Source of the DNA: Octopus sinensis | Taxonomy: Eukaryota | Reading direction: 5' to 3' | Assembly (NCBI RefSeq): GCF_006345805.1 | Contig: NC_043002.1 | Span: 496,001 to 560,000 of the forward strand | Length of the DNA: 64,000 nt | Part shown: piece after piece, positions 46,743 to 59,144 of the stretch | Layout: the number at the start of each line of letters is the position of its first letter | How positions within the stretch are numbered: position 1 is the first letter of the stretch | The notes under the pieces: model-generated | Database searches by the model: none | What the model saw: only the letters and a program-made list of their open reading frames with translations | What the model was told of the DNA's origin: nothing | Made by a program: the position numbers and the translations under genes

Positions 46743-49037
46743 CTAATAAATAGAAGATGCAAAACGAGAAACTGTGCAATTATTTTTCAGGAAGTAAAAT
46801 TCCTCAATGTCTGTTGTCTTCATATTTATTCCAGCAGGAAATTAAGAAACAAAACAAAAACTATTTTTATTCTATGGAAACTGACATATTCCATCATCAT
46901 CATCGTTTGGGAGATAAAACATTTGTGGGTGATGGGAAAGTTTGAAGTGGTCCCAGTTATTATTGGGGTGCTTCGTACTGTGAGCACCTGGGGACAACAT
47001 CAGGATGAGGCATTTACAGGAAACAACTCTTTAGAACTGCTAGAATACTTAGAAAAGTGAGAACTGAACATGTCACCTCAAGGCACAGCTTGTGGGCAGC
47101 TGGCACTGGTATCACAGCAGCAACAACAAATGCTGTGCAACAAACAGAATAATAACAAACATCATCATTTAACATCTGCTTTCCATTCTGGCATGGGTTG
47201 GATGGTTTCACTGGAAATAGGAAGCCAGAGAGCTTCCCCAGGTTCCACACTGATTTGGCATGGTTTCTACAACTGGATGCTGTAGAGCAGTAGTAATAAT
47301 CATATTGCTGGCATGGATTGGATGGTTTGACTGAGGACTGGAAAGCCAGAAGGCTGCACCAGACTCCAATCTGATCTGGCAAGATTTCTACAGCTGGATG
47401 CCCTTCCTAATGCCAACCACTCCAACAGTGTAGTGGGTGCCAGTGAGGCGGTACTGGCATGAGCCATGACTATGATTGGTGCTTTTTATGTGCCACCGAC
47501 ATGGGAGCCAGTCAAATGGAACTAGCACAGGCCATGCTCGAATGGTGCTTTTTACATGCCACTGGTATGGATGCCAGTCAGGAGGGATCGACCTCCACCA
47601 TAACTATGATTTCACTTAACAGGTCTTCTCAAGCACAGCATATTGCCTGATGATTGAAGGGTACTTTTAGATGGGCCGGTTATGTGACCCTGCCATTGGC
47701 CACGGCTGCGATCTCACTTGACTTGCCAGGTCTTCTCAATCACAGCATATCTCCAAGGGTCATGGTTGCTTGTCATTGGCTCCCTGAGGCCCAACATTTG
47801 AAGGTTATGCTTCACCACCTCATCCTATGTCTTCCTGGGTCTACCTCTTCAACAGGTTCCCTCCACTGTTAGGGTGTAACACTTCTTCATACAGCTGTCC
47901 TCATCTATACGCAACACATGACCATACCAGCACTGCCATGTCGCTTGCGCACCACATTTGATGCTTCTTATGTCCAACTTTTCTCTCAGGTCGTTAACAC
48001 TCAGTTGTGTATATGTCAGGGGCGTGCACTCTCAGGTATGCAAGGTATGCGTTGCATGCCCTGTGATTTTTTTATTCATATGATCGAAAAATTAGATAAA
48101 ATAATTGCTTTGTTTCAAAGAAAATCCGTCCAGTTGTATTTTTCTCCCCTTCTCTCTGAGTGACTCTACTTCTGCTTTTAGAAGTCATGCATTGACAAGA
48201 TCAGCATGTTAGACACTCCCTCTCTGTCTCAGTTTGTCCTTCCTTCCTCTCTCTCTCACTCTTAGCGACTTGTTTAAAAGACATGCTAAGAGGATAGGGC
48301 ATTTGAAATATTTTTACCCCCTTCCTCTTTCTCTTAGTGGCTATGCTGTGGGAAGACCCGCATGACCTCCCTCTCTGTCTCTTAGTTTGTCCCTCCTTCC
48401 TCTCTCTCTCTTAGTGAATTGATAAAACAGATGCTAGGAGGAAAGGTCGTTCATAATATTTTGTACCCCCTTCCACTTTCTCTCAGTGGCATGTCATGCT
48501 ATGAGCTGACCGCATGATACCCACTTTCTGTATCTTTCTGTTTTGTTGAAATTGACTTACAATTTACGCCGGTGCTTCCAGCCTTTTACGAAATGAGTGA
48601 AATGTGTGTTATAAACGATATTTTGAGAAATAGTTTTTCAAAAGGAGAATTCGATGGAAAATAATTAATTATATCGGTGGGAGACCAACACCGAAAAGGG
48701 CTAATGCATTAGATAACATTGTTAAAAAAAAGATTTCCGAAGGCAACAGCCTCACGGCTTATTACCACAAAGGAAAATTATCATTTCATAATCAGCCTTT
48801 TTGAGCACATCATTGAAAATCCTGAAGCATGGGATGATACTACCATAAATTCAGCAATTCGATTCTTACACACTTTAAAAGCTCCTGATTTCTTATTTTT
48901 GTTAGAAGTATTCAGTAAGATTTTTTCTTTTTTCATATTTAACATCCTCCAGAGTAAAAGTCATGACATAGTGTATTGTAAAGATCAAATAGATAAAACT
49001 AGAACTGTACTCGAAAACAAACTTGATAATTTTTCAA

Positions 49038-49358
49038 TCTCTTTTACTTGTTTCAGTCATTTGACTGCGGCCATGCTCGAGCACCGCCTTTAATCAAGCA
49101 ACTCGACCCCGGGACTTATTCTATCGGTCTATTTTGCCGAACCACTAAGTAACGGGACATAAACACACCAGCATCGGTTGCCAAGCAATGCTAGGGGGAC
49201 AAACACAGACGCACAAACACACACACGCATATATATACATATATACCACGGGCTTCTTTCAGTTTCCGTCTACCAAATCCACTCACAAGGCTTTGGTCGG
49301 CCCGAGACTATAGTAGAAGACCCTTGCCCAAGGTGCCACGCAGTGGAACTGAACCCGG
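49038..49358 (-). mobile_element. Young tRNA-derived SINE, family B, nested in the hAT
   Basis: GGGTTCAGTTCCACTGCGTGGCACCTTGGGCAAG head region and ...GACTGAAACAAGTAAAAG tail. Confidence 0.85.
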
Positions 49359-49574
49359 GGGGAAAATATGGAGTCGATGCAGGAATCGGAATTCAGAGAT
49401 CCAAGAATATATCTATTGAGCCCCAACGACATTATAAAATGCTTTATAACAAAATTATCAGTACAATAGTTGACCAAATAAAAGCACGAAATTCATCCTT
49501 AGAAGAGTTTAAATTCATGGAACTTTCGAATTTCAACAAATTTGATGAGTATTGCAAACAATTTAAAAATCATG

Positions 49575-49816
49575 GGTACTATTTAAGAAGAGTGGTCCCG
49601 GTGCGCGCATCCGAGCATCCACGCCAGCTAGTCGTGACTAGTCGATCCTTACTTTGTGTTTTATTTACTTTATTTAAAACATTATTTACTTTGTGTTTTT
49701 GTGTTTTATATATTTTGTTTAAAAAATTTATTTACTTTGCTAGATAGTCGTAGGATCGACTAGTCAGCGCGGATGCGCGAGCGCGCGCAACGGGACCACT
49801 CTTCTTAAATAGTACC
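49575..49816. mobile_element. 242-bp foldback element / MITE nested in the hAT
   Basis: Perfect 25-bp TIR GGTACTATTTAAGAAGAGTGGTCCC, a second 14-bp perfect inverted pair GACTAGTCGATCCT / AGGATCGACTAGTC, and a T-rich core. Confidence 0.85.
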
Positions 49817-50257
49817 AGGGCGACGTTTTTTTTTTATTCTAGGTCATACGGGGTTGTTGCATATTCAGAATCTCCCATATGTAAATCGTAGGAATTCGAA
49901 AAATTTTTTTACTGAAAAATTGCCCGGGAAGAGGGGGGGGGGGCAAAGAAATTCATTGCATGCCCAGCCCCGGAAGTCACCGCACGCCACTGGTATATAT
50001 ACTGACATTAAACATCCTGCAAAGCATACTAGCTTCATTTCTTTCAAGCTTACGCATGTCCTCAGCAGTTACAGCCCAGGTTTCACTGCCGTGTAGCATG
50101 GCTGTTCGCACACACGCATCATACAGTCTACTTTTCACTCTGACAAGAGGCTCTTTGTCACCAGGAGAGGTAGGAGCCCTCTGAACTTTGCCCAGGCTAT
50201 TCTTATTCTAGCAGCTATGCTCTCAGAGCATCCACCCCTACCTATTGACTAATAATA

Positions 50258-50476
50258 ATCCTTTTTACTATAGGTACAAGGCCTAAAATTTCAGAGGAGG
50301 GAATAAGTCGATTACATCGACCCCAGTGTTCCACTGGTACTTAATTTATCAGTCCTGAAAGGATGAAAGGTAAAGTTGACCTCAGTGACATTTGAACTCA
50401 GACTGTAAAGATGGATGAAATACCACCACTAAGCATTTTACCCAGCGGGTTAACGATTCTGCCAGCTCGCCGCCTT
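50258..50476 (-). mobile_element. tRNA-derived SINE, family A
   Basis: Reverse complement begins GGCGGCGAGCTGGCAGAATCG and contains GAGTTCAAATG. Confidence 0.8.
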
Positions 50477-50499
50477 AATAATAATAATGATGATGATGA

Positions 50500-50890
50500 T
50501 ATATGGTAAGAAGCTTGCTTTCTAACTACAGGGTTCTGGGTTCAATCCCACTGCATGGCACCTTGGTCAAGAGTTTGTGCTTATAATTTCAGGCTGAAGA
50601 AGCCTTGTGAGTGGATTTAGTAGACGGAAACTGAAAGAAGCCCATCATGTATGTGTGCACACACATGCCCTTGTGTCTGTCTCCCACTACTGCTTCACAA
50701 CCTATGCTGGTGTGTTTACATCACCATAACTTAGCAGTTTGGCAAAAGGAACTGATCAAATAAGTACCAAGCTTTAAAAAAATATGTACTGGAGTTGATT
50801 CATTTGACTAAAAATTCTCCAAGGTGGTGCCCCAGCATGGTCACAGTCTGATGACTGAAACAGGTAAAAATAAAATAAAATAAAATAAAA
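50500..50890 (+). mobile_element. tRNA-derived SINE, family B (other copies at 55785-55960 and 60135-60420)
   Basis: TGGTAAGAAGCTTGCTT...GGGTTCAATCCCACTG head and (AAAAT)n tail. Confidence 0.8.
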
Positions 50891-51167
50891 GCTCTTATAA
50901 TTTAAAACTTCAAGAATTTGGAACATGAAAACTGTTTAAGTTGTGCCTAAAATAATTGGTGCATTGGGAACTGTAAGCAAAGATATAGAGAAATGGTTGA
51001 AAGAGATTGTCCTGTAGAGCTTCCACAGAAAGTTTATCTCTTAGGGGCACGAAAGATTACCAGGAAGGTTCTAAGCACTTGAAAAACTATTGGAAGCATG
51101 TGGATACCTAAGGTTACAGGTAGTAACCTGCTACCCACATAAATCCTACAAGGAATAAGAATGAACA

Positions 51168-51618
51168 AAAGTTATTATCATCATCGCTTAACATCTGCTT
51201 TCCATGCTGGCGTGGGTGGGATGGTTTGAGAGGAGCCGGCCAGGCAGGAGCCTGCACCAGACTTTTGAGTCTGTTTTGGCAGGTTTTTACAGCTGGATGC
51301 CCTTCTTAACACCAAACACCCAGCAGAGTGAATTTAGTGCTTTTTATGTGGCACGAGCACAAGTGAAGTCAGTTTTGGCAAGGTTTGTACAGCTGGGTGC
51401 CCTTCCAAAAACACCAACCACTTTACAGTGTGGACTGAATGCTTTTTAAGTGGCACCTGCACTGACAGGGTCACCAAGTACCTTGCAAGACGAATATCTT
51501 TTGAGAGGAGAGGGGGGTGCATTGGCAGAGGTGATCTTGTGTCAGATGGTGAAAGGTTATAGTAAGACCAAAAGACAAAAACAGGTGTCTTCTTGTAGAG
51601 GAGGTACATGGTTACCTG

Positions 51619-51658
<40 letters not shown>

Positions 51659-51820
51659 TCAGGAATGAGGACAGAAACAGGTGTGCTGCCACAAAGGAGA
51701 TACATGGTTACCCAACCAGGAGGAGAGAGAGAGAGTGGGAGACAGCAGGATAAAGATGGTGGCAAAGTGCTGGACATGCTCACAAGGGACAGGGCTCAGA
51801 GCATAAATGGGATGATCAAG

Positions 51821-51854
<34 letters not shown>

Positions 51855-51855
51855 T
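51168..51855 (-). mobile_element. Diverged RTE-related 3'UTR variant with (GA)n expansions
   Basis: Core at 51170-51440 followed by GA-rich, internally duplicated sequence. Confidence 0.55.
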
Positions 51856-52732
51856 AAATGGTGGCAAGTAATCAGGGCATTCTCTTGAGGTTTGAATGTT
51901 ATAATATAAATGGCAGGATATTGCCCAAAGAAGCATGATTAGAGAGTGGGGTAGGGAAAACATGTAGTGAAAACATGGGTATATAGAGCGGGGGGGGGGG
52001 ACTACCAGATTGCAATGATAAAGAGAAGCAGGGTTGTGGGGACAGGATTGGGGAGTGAGGGGTAGGTAAAGTGCATGAAAGAGGAAATGTGAGGAAGAGA
52101 AGCGATGTAGTTTGGTTTGTTGGAGTATTTGTGTGAAAAGTTTTGTTACATGTGGGTGAAACGCACAGCGCTTCTAGAACTCTGTTTCACTGACGTGGAC
52201 AGGTGTTCTCAAGAACCTCATATCATAAGACATCTCAGTCCATTGTCATTTCCTCCATGAAGCCCAACACCTGAGATCAGTCCTCACCACTTGATCCCAT
52301 TTCTTCTTTTGGGTCTCCCTCTTCCACAGGTACAGTCCACCCACAAAATCACAGGTTACAGTAACGTTTTATGAAAGGTCATAAACATCACAAATTTACA
52401 CATCTTCTTAAAACTTAGATTTTCATTATTACTTTAAAATTCTCCTTATGAATGATATTAGTGTTATTACGTCGTCATACACTTTGGGTTGTATATTTGT
52501 TAAAAACTCCCAAAAGAGCTCTTTAAAAGTAGTTTTGTTGAAGATTTTGCAAAGGATTTTCAGGCAAAATATGAAAACCAAGTACATTTCATTATGCAAT
52601 TAGCTACATTAAGCCATTTCTTCCTTTATATTTCTAATCATTTATGAATGCAAATAATAAAACAAATGATGTGTTTGATTATTTTGAACAAAAAATAAAA
52701 ATAAATTTTATGTGGTTTTGTTTACTTCTCAC

Positions 52733-52844
52733 CTTAATGTTTCACAATTACCAACTTGTTTCAAAGGAACAAAACAACTGGAATAAATATCTTCACCAAA
52801 CATAATCCATCTCTTGCCAGCAAGAGCACAAAAGCCAGAAGGAT
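52733..52844 (-). CDS. TCTN2: Tectonic (TCTN2-like) exon
   Basis: D PSGFCALAGKRWIMFGEDIYSSCFVPLKQVGNCETL (compare [23 protein letters not shown]...NCTQL); phase 1/2; GTGAGA donor. Confidence 0.9.
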
Positions 52845-53044
52845 CTGGAATAACCAAAACAAATGTTCAGCTATCATTAAAAGTTAAATTTATAATCTTT
52901 TAACAATGAAATAAAATGTCTCTAGAAGTTATAAAGGAATACAAAAACAAAATAATAGCTTACAAAATAAACAATTAGATGGAAACATTTCATGCAATTT
53001 GGATTAAATCACTCATCAATGAGTTTTCTTTTTACATCACAAAC

Positions 53045-54602
53045 CATCATTAGCATTTAATGTCCATTTTCCATGGTTTGACAGGAGCTGGCCAGACCCC
53101 AATTGTCTGTTTTGGCATGCTTTCCATGGCTGGACGGCCTTCCTAACGCCACCCACTTCACAGTGTGTGCTGGGTGCCTTTTATGTGCCACTGGTACAGG
53201 TGTGATTAGGAAACACGAGCAGGTGGGCATTCCACGTGGCACTGGCACTTGCAAAGGTGCATGCCCGGATGGATGGATGGATGGATGGAGGGAGGGCTGC
53301 AATTTTACTTAGCTTGGTGGGTCTTCTCAAGCACAGCTAATTTCCACAACAACTGGTCCCTTGTCCTCTCCCCATGAAGCCCAGCATCTAAAGACCCTTT
53401 TCCCACCATATTGTCCCACATCTTTCTGAGTCTACCCATTCCACAGGTTCCCTCTACAATTAGAGTCTGGCACTTCTTTAAGCAATTGTCTTCATCCATA
53501 AACATCACACGACCATACCAGCTTACTTTTACATAAGTCTAGACTGTCATATTTTACGCGGATCACTCTGTATCATCATCATCATCATTGTTTAACATCC
53601 ATTTTCCATGCTGGTATAGAACAGTTTGACTGAGATCTGGAGAGCCAACGGCTGCACCAGGCTCCAATCTGATCTGGCAATGTTTCTACAGCTGGATGAA
53701 CTTCATAATGCCAACCACTACGAGAGTGTAGTGGGTGCTTTTTATGTGCCGTCGGCACAGGAGCCAGTCAGGTGGGCCTGGCATCGATCACATTCAGATA
53801 GAGCCAGTTGAGGGCACTGTCATCAGTCACATTCAGATGGTGCTTTTTACATGCCACTGGCATGGGAGCCAGTCAGTGGATACTGGCATTGACCACATTC
53901 TGCATGCATAAATTATATCAATTTGTGAAGCTAGTATGCCCTGCTGGATGTTTAATGTCAGTGTGCATACACAACAGGGTGTAAGCACCCTGAGAGAAAA
54001 GTTGGACATTAGAAACATCAGATGTGGTGTGCAAGAGAGACGACTGTACTGGTATGGTCATGTGGTGAGAATGGATGAGGACGGCTGTGTGAAGAAGAGT
54101 CACACCCTAACAGTGGAGGGAACCTGCGGAAGAGGTTGACACAGGAAGACATGGGATGAGGTGGTGAAGCATGACCTTCGAATGTTGGGCCTCACAGAGG
54201 CAATGACAAGTGACCAAGACCTTTAGAGAATCAATGTCATTGAGAAGATCTGGTAAGCCAAGTGAGATCGTAGCCATGGCTGATGCCAATGTCACATAAC
54301 TGGTCATTTTAAATAACCTTCAATCATCAGGCAATATGCCATGCCTGAGAAGACCTGCTGCGGCAAGTGAAATCATAGTTGTGGCTGATGCCAGTGCTAC
54401 CATTCAAGTGTGGTTGATTCCAGTGCCATAAAAAGCACCCACTACCCTCTCTGAGTGGTTGGCATTAGGAAGGGCATCCAGCTGTAGAAATCTTGCCAGA
54501 TCAGATTGGAGCTTGGTGCAGCCTCCTGGCTTACCAGCCCTCAGTCAAACCGTCCAACCCATGCCAGCATGGAAAGCAGACGTTAAATGATGATGATGAT
54601 GA
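53045..54602. mobile_element. RTE cluster: 53045-53522 minus, 53572-53905 minus, 53920-54602 plus
   Basis: Cores, ORF tails (RRLYWYGHVVRMDED) and CAT/GAT tails. Confidence 0.8.
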
Positions 54603-55376
54603 TCCCAATCTTTCAAGTTCTGTAAGAGAGACTACTTATAAAATTCTGTAGTACAATGGTACAATAAAGTTAGTAATTTTTCGTAAAAGATGTTTTCTAT
54701 ATTAAAAACCAAGACTATTATCAAACAAAATTAAACATTCTGAAGCATAACACTAAGGTTAACTCTAATAAAAATATTACCAATCAATATGAAATAAGTT
54801 TACTTTTCTGTCAGATATTGAAATAAATAAAATTTGTCCTAATTTTGTGGTTGTTGTTGTAGCTTTGGTGTGTTCTGACAGATCCCTGATTGGGGTAATT
54901 AGTACTGACTTGAAGTTCCAGTGTTTCTGCTACTTGAAAATGACGCTATAGATATTGTACTCTCTCTATTCTATAGCTTGTTCCTGCTAGAATTGGCAGC
55001 CAAATATCCCTTAAACCATTACCCACCAAAAGAGAAACATACATTGGAAAACAAAGTTGCAGTTTGATAATTTAGAATCTGGGGAAAATAGTTTTGGATG
55101 ATAGCTTTGGTACATATTCTAGGAATTGTTGAGAACTGTTCTAAATGATTTGATATTATTAAGTATTATATATCACACATGCAAAATATTACAGTTTTAA
55201 AGCGAGTTCAAATAAATTTTTCAATGAAATATAATGAAATAATAAATTTGTGATAAAACCTTATGTATAAAAAATTAATAAATTTGCTAATTATATATTA
55301 ATAAGTCAAAATAAAGTGAGGTGCTCCAGCATGACCACAGCCGCATGGCTGAAATTAGTAAAAGAATAAAAGATAC

Positions 55377-55484
55377 CTGGATTCCAAACAAATATTTGTT
55401 GAGTTATGTTTTGGTCAATAAAAAAGGATTTTGTGTTGTTGACAATATTGATTCCACTCTGAATTGGTCGGCCAGGAAGATAAC
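55377..55484 (-). CDS. TCTN2: Tectonic (TCTN2-like) exon
   Basis: G YLPGRPIQSG...QQIFVWNP completes the conserved NPGYxxGxP motif across the intron; phase 1/1. Confidence 0.9.
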
Positions 55485-56504
55485 CTGAGACATGGAACAT
55501 TAAATGGTTTTACTTCTCTCATTGATTCTAGTAAAATGAACGAGGAGTGACAACGAAAAGAAGAAATTTACAAAACAACAACTGGTGATGATATACTTTT
55601 AAAGAATGATGCAAACTTTTGGAGAAAAGACAATGTTAGTCAAGTGAATTCCACCAAATCTGTCAACAAATATAAAGTCTACTGCAAAATGTAACAAAAA
55701 TATATCAATGGAAATTTCATAGAATGCATTTTAGAAGGAATGTTTTCAATTGTTTAATTTAAATCAGTTTCTTCTTTACCACAATATGGCTGGCAGTGCT
55801 TAGGGAGCTTGCTTCCTAGCTACATGGTTTCGGGTTCAGTCCCACTGCGTGGCACTTTGGGTAGGTGTCTTCCGCTATAGCCCCGAGCCGACCGAAGCTT
55901 TGTGATTGAATTCGGCAGGCTGAAGTTACTGCCGTGTGTGTATATGTGCGTGTAGGTGCTTGTGCCTCTCCGAAAGAGAGAGAGAGAGGATGGAACCTGG
56001 TGCAGCCCCTGGCTCTGACAGCTTCCGTCAAGGCATCCAACCCATGCCAGCATAGAAAACAAACGTTAAATGACGATCCCTTATTAAACTGTACAACTAA
56101 GAGGGGAAGTGTGTGTTGGTTTAGTTGAAGTTATTGATACTACAAGTTAATAATATAAGCATATGTGGTACTGAAAATATAAACAACAATGGCAGTGCCC
56201 CAGCATGGCCACAGCTCATGAGCTGAAACTATATGAAAAAAAAAAACAAAAAAACATAGCTAAAATATGTCAACTAGTTACAAAACTATCGAAAGTCCTG
56301 TAAATGTCATATTTTTGTAATCTTTTAGTCATATAGTCAGTGTGGATACATTTGCAAAAAATGGTGGACAGAAAAGTGGATATAGTGATCCAGTCATGTG
56401 TAAAATTAATAATAATACTAATGGTGGTTATAATTATTAAAACAATTAAGAGAAATGGAAAGTCAGAATAAAATGTAATTGCTGCTCATGAAGCATTTTA
56501 AGAA

Positions 56505-57962
56505 ATCATCCTTGAACAGCCACTCTCCATGTTGGCAAGGATCAGATGGTTTGACTGGAGCTGATGAGGAAGAGAGCTGCACTAGATTCCAGTCATATGT
56601 GGCACAGGTGCCATTTACAGGACACCAGTAACAACCATGATTATGATTCATGCCATTAAGATAGCACCAGCAACAGCCACGACTACGGTGCACGGGTGCC
56701 ATTTATATGGTACTGACAGTAACCATGATTACGAGTAATGAATGCCATTTACAATGGTACCAGCAACGGTCACGACAACAATTCATAGGTACCATTTACA
56801 ATGGTACCCTCAATGACCATGACTATGATTGATGAGTGGTGCTATTTACATGGTACCAGCAATGGCCACGACTACAGCTTCACTTGGTCTGACGAGTCTT
56901 CTCATGCACATCACCAGAGGTCTCAGTCATCACCTCCGTGAGGCCCAACAGTCAAAGATCATGGTTCACCACTTTGCCCCAGGTCTTCCTGGGTCTATCT
57001 CTTTCACAAGTTCCCTCCACAGTAGAGGTTAGCATTTCTTTACACAGCTGTCTCCATCCATCCATGGCCATACCAGTGCACTTGTCTCTCTTGCACATCA
57101 CATTTGATGTTTCTTATGCCCAACTTTTCTCTCAAGACACTCACACTCTTTGTACATGCACACTGACATTGCACATTCAGTGAAGCATACTAGCTTCATT
57201 TCTTTCAAGAAACTTTGCCAGATCAGATTGGAGCCTGGTGCAGCCGTCTGGCTTGCCAGCCTTCAGTCAAACTATCCAACCCATGCCAGCATGGAAAGTG
57301 GATGTTAAATGGCAATGATGAAGAACTAGGTACAAAATGCTTTGGCATCCCTGAGCTGATGCAGACTCATCTGACATCAGGCATTTTAAAGTTTCTCTCG
57401 TTCTCTTCTGTATGTGTAATGTCTTTGATTCGATGACTGGCATCCGTGCTAGCGGAGTGCAAAGAGTAACATACAAGTGTGATCATTGACGGAGCGGCTA
57501 ACCGGCTTCTGTGCCAGTGTCACATAAAAGGGCACCATTCGAGTGTGATCGTTACCAGCGTCGCCTTACTGGCACTTGTGCCTGTGCTAGTAGGGTGCCA
57601 AGAGCACCATCTGAGCGTGATCTTTGTCAGCCTACTGGCTCTGTGCCAGTGGCACATACAAGGACACCATTCGAGTGTGATCATTACCAACGTCGCCTTA
57701 CTGGCACCTGTGCCAGTGGCATGTGTAAAAAGATTCGAGTGAGGTCATTGCCAGTACCGCCTGACTGGCCCCCGTGCTGTGGCATGTAAAAATCACCCAC
57801 TACACTCTCGGAGTGGTTGGCATTAGGAAGGGCATCCAGCTGTAGAAACTCTGCCAGATCAAGATTGGGGCCTGGTGCAGCCATCTGGTTTGCCAGCCCT
57901 CAGTCAAAATCGTCCAACCCATGCTAGCATGGAAAGTGGAAGTTAAACGATGCTGATGATGA
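56505..57962. mobile_element. RTE cluster: 56505-57210 minus (degenerate module array 56620-56880), 57213-57320 plus, 57400-57962 plus
   Basis: Cores and module arrays. Confidence 0.75.
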
Positions 57963-58195
57963 TTGACTGCAGGACCCAAATGTCCAGTCAGCAATGCCAA
58001 ATCATCCACATCCAAACAACCGCACCTACTTATCTCATGCCTTTGCCTTTACTTTCCAAAGTGTTAAACTTATACTTTTAAGTCATAATCAAAATCAGGT
58101 GCAAAATTCCTGCATCCAGTCATTCCAACCCACACACCTGGCTCAAGCACAGAATATGGATGCTAAAATGCTTTAATGAATTAAATCTAACTTAC

Positions 58196-58941
58196 CTGGA
58201 TTTTCTGATTCACTGTTTTCAGGTTTACTCTCAGATTGGTTATAATCGTTAATGTAAGACACTTTAAAATGCTGTGTTAAATGAGTGATGCTTTCATTTA
58301 GGCAGGTGTTATTATTATTTGATCCGGTTTTAGATACATTTCTTTCTTCCATGCTTTGATTAATTTTGGATATAGAAACATTTCCGAGAATAATTGATAC
58401 ATTTAAGAAAGTAATTCCTGTTTTGTTCCATGTAAACTGATAATTAACGTGAAGGACAACATTATCACAAAATACTTCATTTTGCCTTTTTCTAACAGTA
58501 GGAACAGGGGGTTTTGTATAACTGTCATCCCAAGAACAACGGGTTTCAAAAAGTTTGTTTTTATTTACAGATTTATTGAAGTCTTCTTTCCAATCATTGA
58601 CTGCAGTGTTATCGGTTTTTACATAGAAATTTACATTTTTAGCACAGAAGTAATTAACATCAGTAAGAACATTATTCGAAGGTGTAACACAATTTGAGTC
58701 AATTAGTGAGGTTGGCAGAACATAAGACGTAGCACTCAATACCAAACTTTTTGAACAGATGTCATTGTCTATGTAAGAAGTGCAATCAGAAGTTATATTT
58801 ACAAGGAAAGGGAGAGGAGCTGATGTAATGCATTGACCACTAAATATCTTTTGAGGCAAATAATTAGTTGCTGAGGGATGACCATTAGTTATCAGATTTC
58901 CATTTCCTTCATTCAAAGAACTTTGAGGAGTATTTTTTTCT
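58196..58941 (-). CDS. TCTN2: Tectonic (TCTN2-like) large exon (746 nt)
   Basis: YLPQKIFSGQCITSAPLPFL (compare TCTN2 IPQVSLAGQCMQNAPVAFL), CDNVVLHVNYQFTW, LTQHFKVSY...ENP; TTCCTTTGTCTGTTTACAG acceptor, GTAAGT donor; phase 2/1. Confidence 0.92.
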
Positions 58942-59055
58942 CTGTAAACAGACAAAGGAAGACAATTATACAAGCCAGCAAAAATGCAATGCTTTATAAC
59001 TCAGTTTTTGTTTAATGCATATTTCCAAAATATAAACTTGGTTTATAAGTCAGCA

Positions 59056-59099
59056 GAGAGAGGGGGGGAGAGAGGGAGGGAGAGAGAGGGGGAGGGAGG

Positions 59100-59141
<42 letters not shown>
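59056..59141. repeat. (GA)n / GGGA purine tract
   Basis: Directly visible. Confidence 0.9.

Positions 59142-59144
<3 letters not shown>

Larger units (their letters stand above)
48017..49992 (+). mobile_element. Internally deleted hAT transposon with 8-bp TSD
   Basis: Termini CAGGGGCGTGC and GCACGCCACTG; TSD GTATATGT / GTATATAT; transposase remnants (FLFLLEVFSKIF...; YKMLYNKIISTIVDQIKAR); about 150-bp subterminal tandem duplication near 48205-48510. Confidence 0.85.
47160..50235 (-). mobile_element. RTE 3' fragment split by a hAT insertion (pieces 47160-48016 and 49993-50235)
   Basis: The RTE sequence resumes collinearly (CTGACATTA...) after the hAT right end. Confidence 0.75.
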
